From the IMG/VR virus record IMGVR_UViG_3300016484_000437, positions 1-34,849 of that record: a stretch of DNA of 34,849 nucleotides; one strand, written 5' to 3'. Under the pieces are notes generated by a model that made no database searches, was not told the DNA's origin, and saw only the letters and a program-made list of their open reading frames with translations. This document shows positions 18,230 through 27,720 of this stretch, piece by piece. The stretch's first letter is position 1. Every line of letters starts with the position of its first letter. This stretch comes from a virus (taxonomy: Duplodnaviria > Caudoviricetes). The translations under genes and the position numbers were made by a program.

Positions 18230-18681
18230 ATGAATCAAAGTCCGTTCACGAAATGTTGTTTCGTCTCAAATATCTCACGATGATGTCGCCAGGGACCGGC
18301 AAGACGGAGGCGATTTGCGACTTGGCCAAGGTCATGGGCGCTAGGGTTTTGGTCCACAATGTCCGCGAGGCATTGAGAATCGAACGGGAATATGGCGCCC
18401 GTGGCATCACGATTGACTCGGATTTTCGAGGAATCAATTCGCCGATACTTGTCGACACGCATTCGGTTTCGGTCATCGCCTCACGGCTTCAAACGTACAT
18501 CAAACACATTGAGCAATTGTTGGTTGAGCAAACGTTCGTCATCAGAAAACTTGAGGAACAACGCAACGATTTGATTCGTCAATCGTGCGATGATGACAAG
18601 GCGTTCAACGACGCGGTTGCCCGTGCACAATATGAATTGGTTCAGTCAATCGGAACAAACGTGGAGGGACGAAATGCTTGA
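18226..18681 (+). CDS. Hypothetical protein with Walker A-like motif
   Basis: SPGTGKT near N-terminus; C-terminal coiled coil. Confidence 0.55.
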   Translation: MNESKSVHEMLFRLKYLTMMSPGTGKTEAICDLAKVMGARVLVHNVREALRIEREYGARGITIDSDFRGINSPILVDTHSVSVIASRLQTYIKHIEQLLVEQTFVIRKLEEQRNDLIRQSCDDDKAFNDAVARAQYELVQSIGTNVEGRNA

Positions 18682-18925
18682 GCGTTCACATGAGGAACAG
18701 GAACAATTGATTGCGTCGCTTGAATCAATCGTCGAATGCTACAAAATGGAAATGGCACTCAATCGTTTGCAACGCGACGAGTTGGTCAAATTGGTCAATG
18801 ATGTCCGCCAACTTCTCATCGACGGAAAACCAAACATTGCAAGGGAACGAATCGACAATTGGATTTTGCCGATCGATCAAAAACCAAATCCGATTGAGGA
18901 TGAAATCGCAAAGGTGATGACATGA
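18674..18925 (+). CDS. Hypothetical protein (83 aa)
   Basis: GGAGG RBS; overlaps neighbours. Confidence 0.6.
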   Translation: MLERSHEEQEQLIASLESIVECYKMEMALNRLQRDELVKLVNDVRQLLIDGKPNIARERIDNWILPIDQKPNPIEDEIAKVMT

Positions 18926-19272
18926 GGAAAATGCGTTGCGACGTGCCCGTCATACCCGGTGAACTTGCAACGGATCCGGAAGCCCAGGAACGTGTCCGCC
19001 GAGGCGTTGCCATGTTTGCGATGCCGAAACCCCGTGGCGTGAACGGCATTCAAACCCAATTCAAGCCTGGCGATATTGTGACCTGGCTTCCGCGCAAGGC
19101 GCGTCGAGGATGTTTCGGGTTGCCAATTGCCTACCAGCCGGTTGATGTTGAGATTTTGCTCGGGCCAAGAACCAATGGCGAGTACCGGGTTCGAGTTGTC
19201 GAACCAGCAATCCGCCGCGTCTTGTCTCGACCGTTCTATGAAATCGACGGGCAATCATTGGTGGAAAAATGA
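18922..19272 (+). CDS. Hypothetical protein
   Basis: ATGA overlaps; FKPGDIVTW SH3/KOW-like motif. Confidence 0.55.
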   Translation: MRKMRCDVPVIPGELATDPEAQERVRRGVAMFAMPKPRGVNGIQTQFKPGDIVTWLPRKARRGCFGLPIAYQPVDVEILLGPRTNGEYRVRVVEPAIRRVLSRPFYEIDGQSLVEK

Positions 19273-19613
19273 GCGACGCAAGCAAAGTGAAGCGCTTCAT
19301 CTACTGGTTTGGTCCAGACTACGATGGTTCGGCTCAGTTTTCACAAGAGGTTGTCTTGGCTTCTGACTTTGACCGCATCGTGGCTGAGTTGAAAACAGAC
19401 GTGGCACGACTTTGTGAGACAGTTAGATACCTCGAATCAACAAACCCTAAACTGACCGATGCAGAAGAGGCCATAGCCAAACTACGAGCGGGGGTTGAGA
19501 GACAAGCGAGGGTGATTGAAGGCGTGAAGTCTGCGTTAAACAACCATGCTACCAGGCCGTCCGATGCGCTGATTCAAATACGTGAAACCGTCGAGCAAGG
19601 GGAGGGAACGTGA
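19269..19613 (+). CDS. Hypothetical coiled-coil protein
   Basis: ATGA overlap; VVLASDFD motif followed by coiled coil. Confidence 0.6.
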   Translation: MSDASKVKRFIYWFGPDYDGSAQFSQEVVLASDFDRIVAELKTDVARLCETVRYLESTNPKLTDAEEAIAKLRAGVERQARVIEGVKSALNNHATRPSDALIQIRETVEQGEGT

Positions 19614-19789
19614 GGCGTCCAATTCATTTAATTTCACGTCATCAACCGCTGACTCCATGCGGCCAAAACGCATGGCACAGCCCAATTCGCGCAGTGGAAT
19701 CGACCCATAAAGTTACTTGCAAGCGATGTAAAAAAACGCACTGGTACAAAGATCAACGCAAACTTGATATTGAGAGCAGTAGAAAATGA
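19610..19789 (+). CDS. Small putative zinc-binding protein (59 aa)
   Basis: GGAGG RBS, GTGA/ATGA overlaps; H..C...CKRC pattern. Confidence 0.55.
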   Translation: MRRPIHLISRHQPLTPCGQNAWHSPIRAVESTHKVTCKRCKKTHWYKDQRKLDIESSRK

Positions 19790-20127
19790 ACCGCAAAGCT
19801 AAAATGGAAAAGGCGCTGGCTCAAAAAACAAGTTGGGATGAATGGTGGCTCATCAATGGCGGTCAGCTCCATAGCTATTGGAAAAACAAAAAATACTCTG
19901 CGATTCGAGATGCGGCCAATCGCCTCCCTCGTGCGGCATGGGAATACCAGGAAAACGAAATTCAGCGTCTAGCCCCGCTGCGCGCTGCGCTGATTGAAGC
20001 GGTGGAGGCGTTGAAGTGTAATGAGACCTTTCACCGTCTAGGCGGCATTGATGATTGCGAACCATGCAAAGCCCTAGCGAAAATCGACAAGGCGCTTGAT
20101 CAGCAAACAAAAAATTCAAACTCGTGA
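19786..20127 (+). CDS. Hypothetical protein
   Basis: ATGA overlap; CEPC motif. Confidence 0.55.
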   Translation: MNRKAKMEKALAQKTSWDEWWLINGGQLHSYWKNKKYSAIRDAANRLPRAAWEYQENEIQRLAPLRAALIEAVEALKCNETFHRLGGIDDCEPCKALAKIDKALDQQTKNSNS

Positions 20128-20183
20128 AACCATTTGGCCAATCACCGGCATTGTGCAAGACGTGAAACGTCAAGGGGGGAACC

Positions 20184-21074
20184 ATGTCCGACGTTGAAAT
20201 CAAAACCGACAAACCTGAACCGCAACCCGCGCCCAAGCCAGCCAGACAAATCGCCAAACTTGCCGAGGCACTTGCCAAGGCTCAAGGCGAATTCGTGCAA
20301 CCTGAGAAAAACAAGGAGGTTGAGGTTCGCAAGGAAGGACGGGTTTTGTACGCAACCCGATACGCGGATTTGAAAAACGTCATTGAGGCGTTTCGCGTGG
20401 CACTCAGCCGAAACGGACTTGCGTTCACGCAGAAAACCCGCGAGACGCCAAACGGCTGGCGTTTGGTTTTGACGCTGATGCATTCCTCAGGCGAGTTTGA
20501 CGAAACGTCAATGCCGATCAATTTGGAACAAGCGCCCCAACAAGTCGGTTCGCAGCTGACATACCTCAAGCGATACCAAGCCGCCGCGTATTTTGGAATT
20601 GCGGCCGACGACGACGACGACGCAAACGGCGCCCACGGGAATGAGGCCGAGTTCAAGGACCAAAAAGCCAAACCAAAAAATCAACCCAAGCCTCAGGCGA
20701 CTGGTTCAAAACCAATCACCCCCGCCGTCAAGCCTGAACCCAAACCAGCGATCAAGCCAAAAGTTGAACCTCATCGTTCGGAACATTCACCGGATCCATC
20801 TGAGGTCGCCAGAGATTCAATGGATTCAAACGCAAACGGCGAACAACGACCGGCAGCGAGGCCCACTCTCACGGTTCAGGACGTTGCGCAAATGGGGGCC
20901 AAGAAGGGTTGGCATGCCCAACTCATGAACCGATTCATGGTTGTTCAGTTTGGGAAATCCAATGCGGCCAGCCTCACACAAGACGAACTTCACTCAATGG
21001 CGGAATCAATTCAGACCATGAACGGGTTTGACGCGACGACGTTCATCGAGCAAATGGAAAAATCAAAGGCTTGA
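20184..21074 (+). CDS. ERF-family single-strand annealing protein
   Basis: ALAKAQ, YADL, HSSGE, GSQLTYLKRY, GIA.DDDDDAN; Pro/Lys linker and C-terminal domain. Confidence 0.88.
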   Translation: MSDVEIKTDKPEPQPAPKPARQIAKLAEALAKAQGEFVQPEKNKEVEVRKEGRVLYATRYADLKNVIEAFRVALSRNGLAFTQKTRETPNGWRLVLTLMHSSGEFDETSMPINLEQAPQQVGSQLTYLKRYQAAAYFGIAADDDDDANGAHGNEAEFKDQKAKPKNQPKPQATGSKPITPAVKPEPKPAIKPKVEPHRSEHSPDPSEVARDSMDSNANGEQRPAARPTLTVQDVAQMGAKKGWHAQLMNRFMVVQFGKSNAASLTQDELHSMAESIQTMNGFDATTFIEQMEKSKA

Positions 21075-21123
21075 CCAGAAATGGGACATGATGAAACCTC
21101 GGTCAAAATGATTGGGGGAAATC

Positions 21124-21396
21124 ATGGCAACCGACTATCAACGAATTGTTTCAACGATCGCCAAACTTGAGGGGAAAAAACGCCAGGTCAAGGTTGGCGA
21201 CATTCGCGAAATTATCCGATGCCTCGTCGCAATCGAAGCGGCAAGCCGTATCCAGCGAGTTCTTGGTCCTGAATATTCCGTCGGACCGCTTGAGGGTGAA
21301 ACTGGATTCGTGTTTGACCAGCTCGGACGTCAGGCCCATGCATTGGCCGTCCGCGAGTGGAAACGAATCAAGCGCGAGCAACGGAAAAAGAAATGA
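21124..21396 (+). CDS. Hypothetical basic protein
   Basis: GGGGG RBS; EGKKRQVKVGDIREI. Confidence 0.65.
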   Translation: MATDYQRIVSTIAKLEGKKRQVKVGDIREIIRCLVAIEAASRIQRVLGPEYSVGPLEGETGFVFDQLGRQAHALAVREWKRIKREQRKKK

Positions 21397-22013
21397 GTCG
21401 TTGGCGTAATCACGCGCAATGGATTCTTGCGACTTGGCCGGTTCAATGGTTCCTGCAGGTCGCATTGCCAAAAATCCGTTTCACTACTCAACCGCCAAAA
21501 ATGACAAGCGGGCAATTCCGCGAATTCATCGCCGCAATCCAACCCGGCGACATCGTGTTCTCAAAGGATCGGTCCAAGTTGTCGAACATACTCATCGGCG
21601 GATTCTGGGCGCACGTCGGGGTTGTGGACAAGTTCGGCGAAATCGTTGAAGCACACTATCCAAGGGTCCGGCGAATTCATCCAGCCGAGTTTTGTTTCAC
21701 GTCCGACCTGGTAGGAATTGTCCGGCCAAATGACGCGCAGCTCAGGCAAACAATCGCCGAACAATCGCCGTCCCTGGTCGGCATCCCATACGACACGCTT
21801 TTCGTTGACGGTCGCGAATCCCTTTATTGTTCCGAACTCGTTTGGACATTGGATCCATCAAACAAACTTGGTTTTGATACGACTGACGAGGTTGGCCTCG
21901 GTATCGGATACGTTGCCCCCGATGACATTTTCAAATCCAAGAACGTTGAATTCGCCGTGATATTTCAGCCGGAACCAGTGAACCATCCAATCAGGAGCGA
22001 GTTCATTGACTAA
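21393..22013 (+). CDS. Permuted papain-like NlpC/P60 enzyme (YiiX/YebB-like)
   Basis: QPGDIVF, WAHVG (His), PYD, LYCSELV (Cys after His). Confidence 0.8.
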   Translation: MSRWRNHAQWILATWPVQWFLQVALPKIRFTTQPPKMTSGQFREFIAAIQPGDIVFSKDRSKLSNILIGGFWAHVGVVDKFGEIVEAHYPRVRRIHPAEFCFTSDLVGIVRPNDAQLRQTIAEQSPSLVGIPYDTLFVDGRESLYCSELVWTLDPSNKLGFDTTDEVGLGIGYVAPDDIFKSKNVEFAVIFQPEPVNHPIRSEFID

Positions 22014-22401
22014 TCGAAACAAGTTCACCTCGTTCGGACGTGGCAAGCGGAAGAAACCAGGCGAGATGAATAAAAACGAGGCACGATATTCCGAGCATCT
22101 GACCAAACTCAAGCACGCCGGAATCATTCAATGGTTTCAGTACGAGCCTTTGACGCTCAAAATTGCGGACTCAACAACATACAAACCTGATTTTGTTTTG
22201 ATGGATTCGGAAGGGTTCATTCAATGCATCGAGGTCAAGGGCGGGACGACCAAGACCAACGAGGCGGGGGAACGTGTTTCCAAGCCGTTCATCCATGACG
22301 CCAAATCGCTCGTCAAAATCAAGGTCGCAGCTGAGAAGTTCCCATTCAAGTTTGTGGTTGTTTGGCCGAATCGTGACAATTGGATGTCGCAAGAATATTG
22401 A
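22006..22401 (+). CDS. PD-(D/E)XK endonuclease (DUF1064-like; resolvase candidate)
   Basis: EARY, YKPDF, IEVKG motifs. Confidence 0.75.
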   Translation: MTNRNKFTSFGRGKRKKPGEMNKNEARYSEHLTKLKHAGIIQWFQYEPLTLKIADSTTYKPDFVLMDSEGFIQCIEVKGGTTKTNEAGERVSKPFIHDAKSLVKIKVAAEKFPFKFVVVWPNRDNWMSQEY

Positions 22402-22454
22402 CGCCAACCCCCGCGCCATGCTCCCATTTTGAAAACTCAATCCAATTTGGAGGC

Positions 22455-23084
22455 ATGATGGCAGACCAAGATCAAAAGGCGCCCAAAGTTCGCAAGGTAA
22501 CTGACGCGCGTGAAATTCCAGCGCACCTCGAGATGCGTGCGGATACGGAACCAAAACCCCGCGAATTTCGATTTGTGGAAAAAAACTCGATTTCAGTGAC
22601 GCATCATTTATTCAAGGCCAAGGTTGCCAAGTTCCTGAAAAACAATTCCTACAAGAAGGACAACCCCGACCTGATTCCAATGGCGCACGAACACATTTTC
22701 CACACGGTTGATTCGCGCGGCAAAAAAATGACTCATTGTGGTTTCGTCGGCGGACACACGCACGAAATCAAAGTCGTCGAGCATCCAGACGGGCGCATCG
22801 AGGTTGAATGCGGACCGCCGCTCAAGCAAGTTGTGACCAAGGATCGCACCGGCCGACGCAAAACAAAGTATGTTCCAGTTGAATTCTATGACGCATTTGC
22901 GCGTGACGGCGAGGGTGAAACCATCGTCGACGGCCACGTTCATGACATGGAATATCGCGGCTCAGAGGTTTGGACTCAAGCCGAAATGAAATCGCGAGGC
23001 GGAACGGTTGCCGTGGCACTGGACGATGGTCTCACGAAACAACGTGAAATCCTCAAAAAGGCCAACGTTCAAATCACTGAATGA
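22455..23084 (+). CDS. His-motif protein (YmaF-like HxH repeats)
   Basis: HEHIFH, GHTHEI, GHVHDM; GGAGG RBS. Confidence 0.55.
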   Translation: MMADQDQKAPKVRKVTDAREIPAHLEMRADTEPKPREFRFVEKNSISVTHHLFKAKVAKFLKNNSYKKDNPDLIPMAHEHIFHTVDSRGKKMTHCGFVGGHTHEIKVVEHPDGRIEVECGPPLKQVVTKDRTGRRKTKYVPVEFYDAFARDGEGETIVDGHVHDMEYRGSEVWTQAEMKSRGGTVAVALDDGLTKQREILKKANVQITE

Positions 23085-23210
23085 TATTGTGAGAACGAAT
23101 CGCCGGGGCTTGGCGATGATTCTCAGGCGCTTGCAATGGTTTCCCCCTGGTCAATCGTTTGAGTTCCCATGCCCCGGCACTAAACCCCCCAAGACAAAAC
23201 GGGAGGAATC

Positions 23211-23594
23211 ATGGACATCATTTCGGCAAGTGCGGCCGCCAGGGTCGTCGACCGACATCTGGACGAATTGTTCAAGACGAATGACAGCGTCAAAACGTTT
23301 TTGAAAAACCATCCCCATCGGAGACGTTTCGAGCAAGCATTGACGATGCAATTGCAATCAGCCGATGCAAGGAAGGCACTGAAAACCGGGCCTGAGTTCA
23401 TCGACAAAACCATTCGGGAGATCGTCAAGTTTTGGGCTGGTCGAATGATTGAGTTTCACGAGGCATCGTTGCTTTCGCAAAACGAACTACGGCGCCAGCA
23501 AGACGAAAACAGAAAACTTGAAATCGCAAAAGACACCGTCAGGGATATTGCGCCAAACATTGACGAGGATGATTTCGACGTTGAGGAGGTCTGA
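23211..23594 (+). CDS. Hypothetical protein
   Basis: GGAGG RBS; TGATG-coupled to small terminase. Confidence 0.7.
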   Translation: MDIISASAAARVVDRHLDELFKTNDSVKTFLKNHPHRRRFEQALTMQLQSADARKALKTGPEFIDKTIREIVKFWAGRMIEFHEASLLSQNELRRQQDENRKLEIAKDTVRDIAPNIDEDDFDVEEV

Positions 23595-23953
23595 TGGGCA
23601 AGACCTCGAACAAATATCGACCGGAATATTGTGACCTGTTGATTCAGTTTGGCGAACGTGGGGAATCGGTTGTCGCGTTTTGCGCTGAGATTGGCGTCAG
23701 CGCCAATGCATTCTATGACTGGCGCAAAAAATATCCCAAATTCAACCAAGCCGCCGAAATTTCCAAAACCAAGGCTTGCGCTTTTTGGGAACGTCTCGGC
23801 GTCAATATCATGTTGAACGAGCCATTGACCAAGAACTCCAAGCGAACGGGCGACCGTGCGGTTTGGATGTTTTTCATGAAAAACCGGTTCAAGGAATTTG
23901 GCTACAATACCGACCTACCTCAATCGAATCAGTCGGATGGCTTTGACGTGTGA
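23594..23953 (+). CDS. Terminase small subunit
   Basis: KYRPEYC start, HTH (FCAEIGVSANAFYDW), FFMKNRF; directly upstream of large terminase. Confidence 0.8.
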   Translation: MGKTSNKYRPEYCDLLIQFGERGESVVAFCAEIGVSANAFYDWRKKYPKFNQAAEISKTKACAFWERLGVNIMLNEPLTKNSKRTGDRAVWMFFMKNRFKEFGYNTDLPQSNQSDGFDV

Positions 23954-25242
23954 AAATCAAAATCAAGTATGATCGGCTTGAGTATCAAGACGAGTTCCAC
24001 GAGGCGACGGAATTCTATGACATTTTGTCGGCTGGGATGGGCGCCGGGAAAACATACTCGCTCGTCATGAAAGCCTTGAGGCTTGCCACAATCAACCGCA
24101 ACCTACCGGCCGGCATCCTTGCGCCAGACCTCAAAATGTTTCGTCGCGACGTGTTGCCAACGTTTGAGCAAATTGCCGACGAACATGAGTTCACCGTCAA
24201 ATTTCGGCGGTCTGATTCTGAATTGATATTGCCCGCGACCGGAACCAAATTCATGGTTTTCCACTCAGAAGACGAGGGTCGATCGATTCGCGGACCCAAC
24301 CTCGCGTTCGGTATTGTGAACGAGGTCACACTTTGCGACAAGCCATCGTTCGATGCGTTCAACGCAAGGATTCGTTTGAAACAAGCCGCACTTCCGCAAA
24401 TCGCAATGTCGGGAACGCCCGAGGGTTTCAATTGGTTTTATCGTGATTTCATCGAAAAACCCCGCCCCGATGTTCGCGTTGTGTATGGGGACATGACTCA
24501 AAACCCCCACTTGCCCGAGTCGTACAAGCAACGCCTCATGGAACAATTCGACCCTGAGGCCCGCGAGGCATACGTCAAAGGCCGATTCGTCAACATGAAG
24601 GGCAAGGCCGTCGTCCACATGTTCAATCGCCAAAAACATGGGATCCGTGGCATTGAGGTCGATCGCCGCTGGCCGGTTTGGGTCGCGGTCGATTTCAACG
24701 TTGACCCAATGGCCGCAAGCATTTGGCAACCCCGCCCAAACGATCGTGGACGCATGTGTTTGTACGGCGTCGGCGAACTCAAATTGCGTGATTCATCAAC
24801 CGAAGCACTGTGTCATGCCATATATGTATGGCTGTCTGAACATACCGCGACAAGACATGGCGAGGTCAGGCCATTCGCCGAGGTTGCAATTTTCCCTGAC
24901 CCGGCTGGCGCCGCGCGTTCGACCAAGGGATTCTCGGACATCTCGATCATGACTCAATTCGGTTTCAAGGACGTCCGGTTCAAAAAATCAATCCAGTCGG
25001 TTCGCGATTGCATCAACGCCCTGAACGCAAAGTTCCATCGAAATGAAATATTCCTCGACCTCGAAAAAATGCCTGAGACGGTTGCCGATCTTGAGCAATG
25101 CATTTGGCGTGATGGTACGTTTGAAATCGACAAGCGAGATTCCCAGCGCACGCACTGGCTGGACGGTCTCAAGAACATGGTCGACTTTGAATTCCCGATC
25201 GGGGAAACGCGCGGAGGCTGGCGTCGCGATGCAATACGTTGA
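23950..25242 (+). CDS. terL: Terminase large subunit
   Basis: Walker A GMGAGKT, Walker B-like GIVNE, SGTPEG coupling motif, nuclease VDFNVDP, PDPAG, HWLDG. Confidence 0.92.
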   Translation: MKIKIKYDRLEYQDEFHEATEFYDILSAGMGAGKTYSLVMKALRLATINRNLPAGILAPDLKMFRRDVLPTFEQIADEHEFTVKFRRSDSELILPATGTKFMVFHSEDEGRSIRGPNLAFGIVNEVTLCDKPSFDAFNARIRLKQAALPQIAMSGTPEGFNWFYRDFIEKPRPDVRVVYGDMTQNPHLPESYKQRLMEQFDPEAREAYVKGRFVNMKGKAVVHMFNRQKHGIRGIEVDRRWPVWVAVDFNVDPMAASIWQPRPNDRGRMCLYGVGELKLRDSSTEALCHAIYVWLSEHTATRHGEVRPFAEVAIFPDPAGAARSTKGFSDISIMTQFGFKDVRFKKSIQSVRDCINALNAKFHRNEIFLDLEKMPETVADLEQCIWRDGTFEIDKRDSQRTHWLDGLKNMVDFEFPIGETRGGWRRDAIR

Positions 25243-25292
25243 CCAGGGGCGGGGAATGAGACGAACATCAATCGGACTACATGGGAGGCGTC

Positions 25293-26900
25293 ATGCGCAT
25301 TTTCAGTGAATCAAACGTTCTCGACCAAGCGTTCCGCGCAAAAGTGATTGAGGAAATTCGGTCACAATCCAACCAGGCTCGAAAACGTGAGGCGCTCAAA
25401 CGTCAAGAATGCTACCGAGACAACACAATCAAGCACGTCATGAAGTCGCTCAAGGAACTTGGACTCAAGCACGACACGCTCAACGTCATGCAAAACCACG
25501 CATCCAATATCTCGATCGTCAAAAAAGTCGTGAACAAAAAGGCCAGGTCGTACCGAGGTCAGGTCATGCGGTCGGCGGGGGATGAGGTTGTCACGTCGCA
25601 AATCACCTCGATGGCCGCCGCAATGGGCATCAATGACCAACTGAAAAAAGCCGATGCAATCACCGAACTTCAAAACAATTCGGCGTTGTTTATTTTGCCC
25701 GAGAAGACGCCGGAAAACCGGGCACGACTTCGCGCGTCCGTTCTTGGACCTTGGCAATATGATGTCATTGAGGACGCAAGGAACCCTGAACGTCCGGCCG
25801 CAATCATTCTCTCAGAATACATCGACAACCAATCGCAACGTTCGTTCAACTCGCTTCAAATCCAGGCGATCGATACGGAGACGACGGTCATTGGCGACCA
25901 AATCATTGCGCAAGGTTCAGGCATCACCGAACTGAAAAAGGGTGAAACGTTCATCTGGTGGACGGACTCCTACCATTTCACGACCGACGAGATGGGCGTC
26001 ATCATCAAGGAAATTTCCCCGGACGATTTGCTCAACCCAATCGGCATGATGCCAGCCGTCACGATCGACAAAAACCAGGACGGCAACTATTGGGGTTCGG
26101 GCGGCCAAGACTTGGTTGATGGCGCGATCCTCGTGAACGTCATGGCAACCGACATGAACGCCATCATGTATATGCAGGGATGGGGACAACTCGTCATCTC
26201 AGGCCCGAACATTCCGACCGAATATCACGTCGGACCGCACACGGCACTTGTGCTCGAGACTCGAGAGGGACAGACGGCACCGAACGTGGAACTCATTTCC
26301 AACAACCCGCCCATTGATTCTTGGTTGAAGGTCATTGAGCAGTATGTTGCCCTTCTTTTGTCGACCAATGACTTGTCTACATCAGCGGTTTCGATGCGCC
26401 TTGATGCATCGTCATTCCCGTCAGGCATCGCAATGCTTGTCGACAAATCTGAGGCGGTTGGGTCCATCGAGGACCGTCGACAATCGTTTGCCAAGGCCGA
26501 GCGGCGCATTTGGAAAATCAGCGCGGGATGGTCTCAGTTGTATGGCGGGGCCGGTCAACTGGACGGCGAATTTGCGCAAATCGGAATGGTTCCGCCCGAC
26601 GTTGAGGTTTCCGTTCGGTATCAAGGTGAGGAACAAATCGTCACCGAAAAAGAAAAACTAGAAATCATGAAAATGCGCAAGGACCTTGGCCTGGTGACCG
26701 AGTTGGATTTGATTCTCGCCGACAACCCGAACATGACCAAGGACGAGGCTGAACGAAAACTTGCGGAAATCAAAACCTCCGCCGCGCGAGTGGTTGCACA
26801 AGCAATGACCGATGTCGTGGCAAATGCCGTTGACAACGCTTCGGACGAAAATGAAAAGGATGAGGATGACACAAACGACGGACAAGACCAAGACGATTGA
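25293..26900 (+). CDS. Portal protein
   Basis: ~535 aa after terL; SGIA motif; acidic tail. Confidence 0.8.
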   Translation: MRIFSESNVLDQAFRAKVIEEIRSQSNQARKREALKRQECYRDNTIKHVMKSLKELGLKHDTLNVMQNHASNISIVKKVVNKKARSYRGQVMRSAGDEVVTSQITSMAAAMGINDQLKKADAITELQNNSALFILPEKTPENRARLRASVLGPWQYDVIEDARNPERPAAIILSEYIDNQSQRSFNSLQIQAIDTETTVIGDQIIAQGSGITELKKGETFIWWTDSYHFTTDEMGVIIKEISPDDLLNPIGMMPAVTIDKNQDGNYWGSGGQDLVDGAILVNVMATDMNAIMYMQGWGQLVISGPNIPTEYHVGPHTALVLETREGQTAPNVELISNNPPIDSWLKVIEQYVALLLSTNDLSTSAVSMRLDASSFPSGIAMLVDKSEAVGSIEDRRQSFAKAERRIWKISAGWSQLYGGAGQLDGEFAQIGMVPPDVEVSVRYQGEEQIVTEKEKLEIMKMRKDLGLVTELDLILADNPNMTKDEAERKLAEIKTSAARVVAQAMTDVVANAVDNASDENEKDEDDTNDGQDQDD

Positions 26901-27045
26901 ATGCGTCGTTCATGAACACGTTTTGAAAACGATTGAAATGTGCGGCGGTCAGAAACGAAAAGCCGCACGGGAACTCGGAATCAGCCGCTCGACATTGTAT
27001 CGGATACTTGCGAGGACTCATGGCAATCAAAAAGGTAGCATTTGA
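26866..27045 (+). CDS. Stand-alone Fis/NtrC-type HTH protein
   Basis: HVLKTIEMCGGQKRKAARELGISRSTLYRIL matches the HTH_8 consensus; AAGGA RBS. Confidence 0.75.
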   Translation: MTQTTDKTKTIECVVHEHVLKTIEMCGGQKRKAARELGISRSTLYRILARTHGNQKGSI

Positions 27046-27490
27046 GTTTGACCCGTTTGAGGTTCTTGGAATCAAACCCCCGCGCGATCGGCAATTGAGA
27101 GACGAGGCACTCGAAAGAGTTGCCGAATTAGTCCAGACCTCGGTCCTCGAATATGTGGGCGATGCCAAGTCGCCAGTCAAAGGTGGACCGTGGAAGCGGT
27201 CATTGTCCCCCGCCTACAAGAAAATCAAGGACCAGGAATCGGGCGTCACGGTTGCAAACCTTGAATTGACCGGTGACATGCTTGACGCACTCGAGGTTGT
27301 GCGAAAACGTGGCAACAAGCTATCGTTGCAAATTGAGGGTGAGGAAGCGCCTAAGGCCGATGGTCACAACAACCATTCAGGCGATTCAAGGCTGCCGGAA
27401 CGCCGGTTCATTCCAAAGGGTGACGAGACGTTGCGCGACGGAATTTGGCGAGACGTGAAACGGATACTGCAAGAATACGAGGACGAATGA
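27020..27490 (+). CDS. Virion morphogenesis-like protein (paralog 1)
   Basis: W..LSPAY, NLELTGDML, HN...LPERRFIP motifs. Confidence 0.6.
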   Translation: MAIKKVAFEFDPFEVLGIKPPRDRQLRDEALERVAELVQTSVLEYVGDAKSPVKGGPWKRSLSPAYKKIKDQESGVTVANLELTGDMLDALEVVRKRGNKLSLQIEGEEAPKADGHNNHSGDSRLPERRFIPKGDETLRDGIWRDVKRILQEYEDE

Positions 27491-27720
27491 AAGTCATCGA
27501 GATGAAACCAGGCAAGGACCGTTCAGACCAATGCCGCAAGGTCGTTGATGACTTCCTTGCCGCGTATGGTGAGACGTGTGACGTCATCGTGATTCTCGGC
27601 GTTGACCGCAATCAAGGTGAATTCATGATGGCAAACTATTCAAGCCAGCGTGAAAAAACCCATCTGTTCGCATTTTTCCAGGCAATCGTTATGAGTTGGT
27701 TCAACATCGAGGCCCGCTGA
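27487..27720 (+). CDS. Hypothetical protein (77 aa)
   Basis: GAGG RBS; overlaps both neighbours. Confidence 0.6.
   Translation: MKVIEMKPGKDRSDQCRKVVDDFLAAYGETCDVIVILGVDRNQGEFMMANYSSQREKTHLFAFFQAIVMSWFNIEAR

Noticed and set aside
18226-18681. Replicative helicase call from the GTGKT motif
   Set aside because: Only ~151 aa, too short, and lacks further helicase motifs
21071-25270. TTGAC-starting promoter candidates at 21071, 22398 and 25239
   Set aside because: Each coincides with a TGA stop codon and has a poor -10 box; cannot be supported without TSS data
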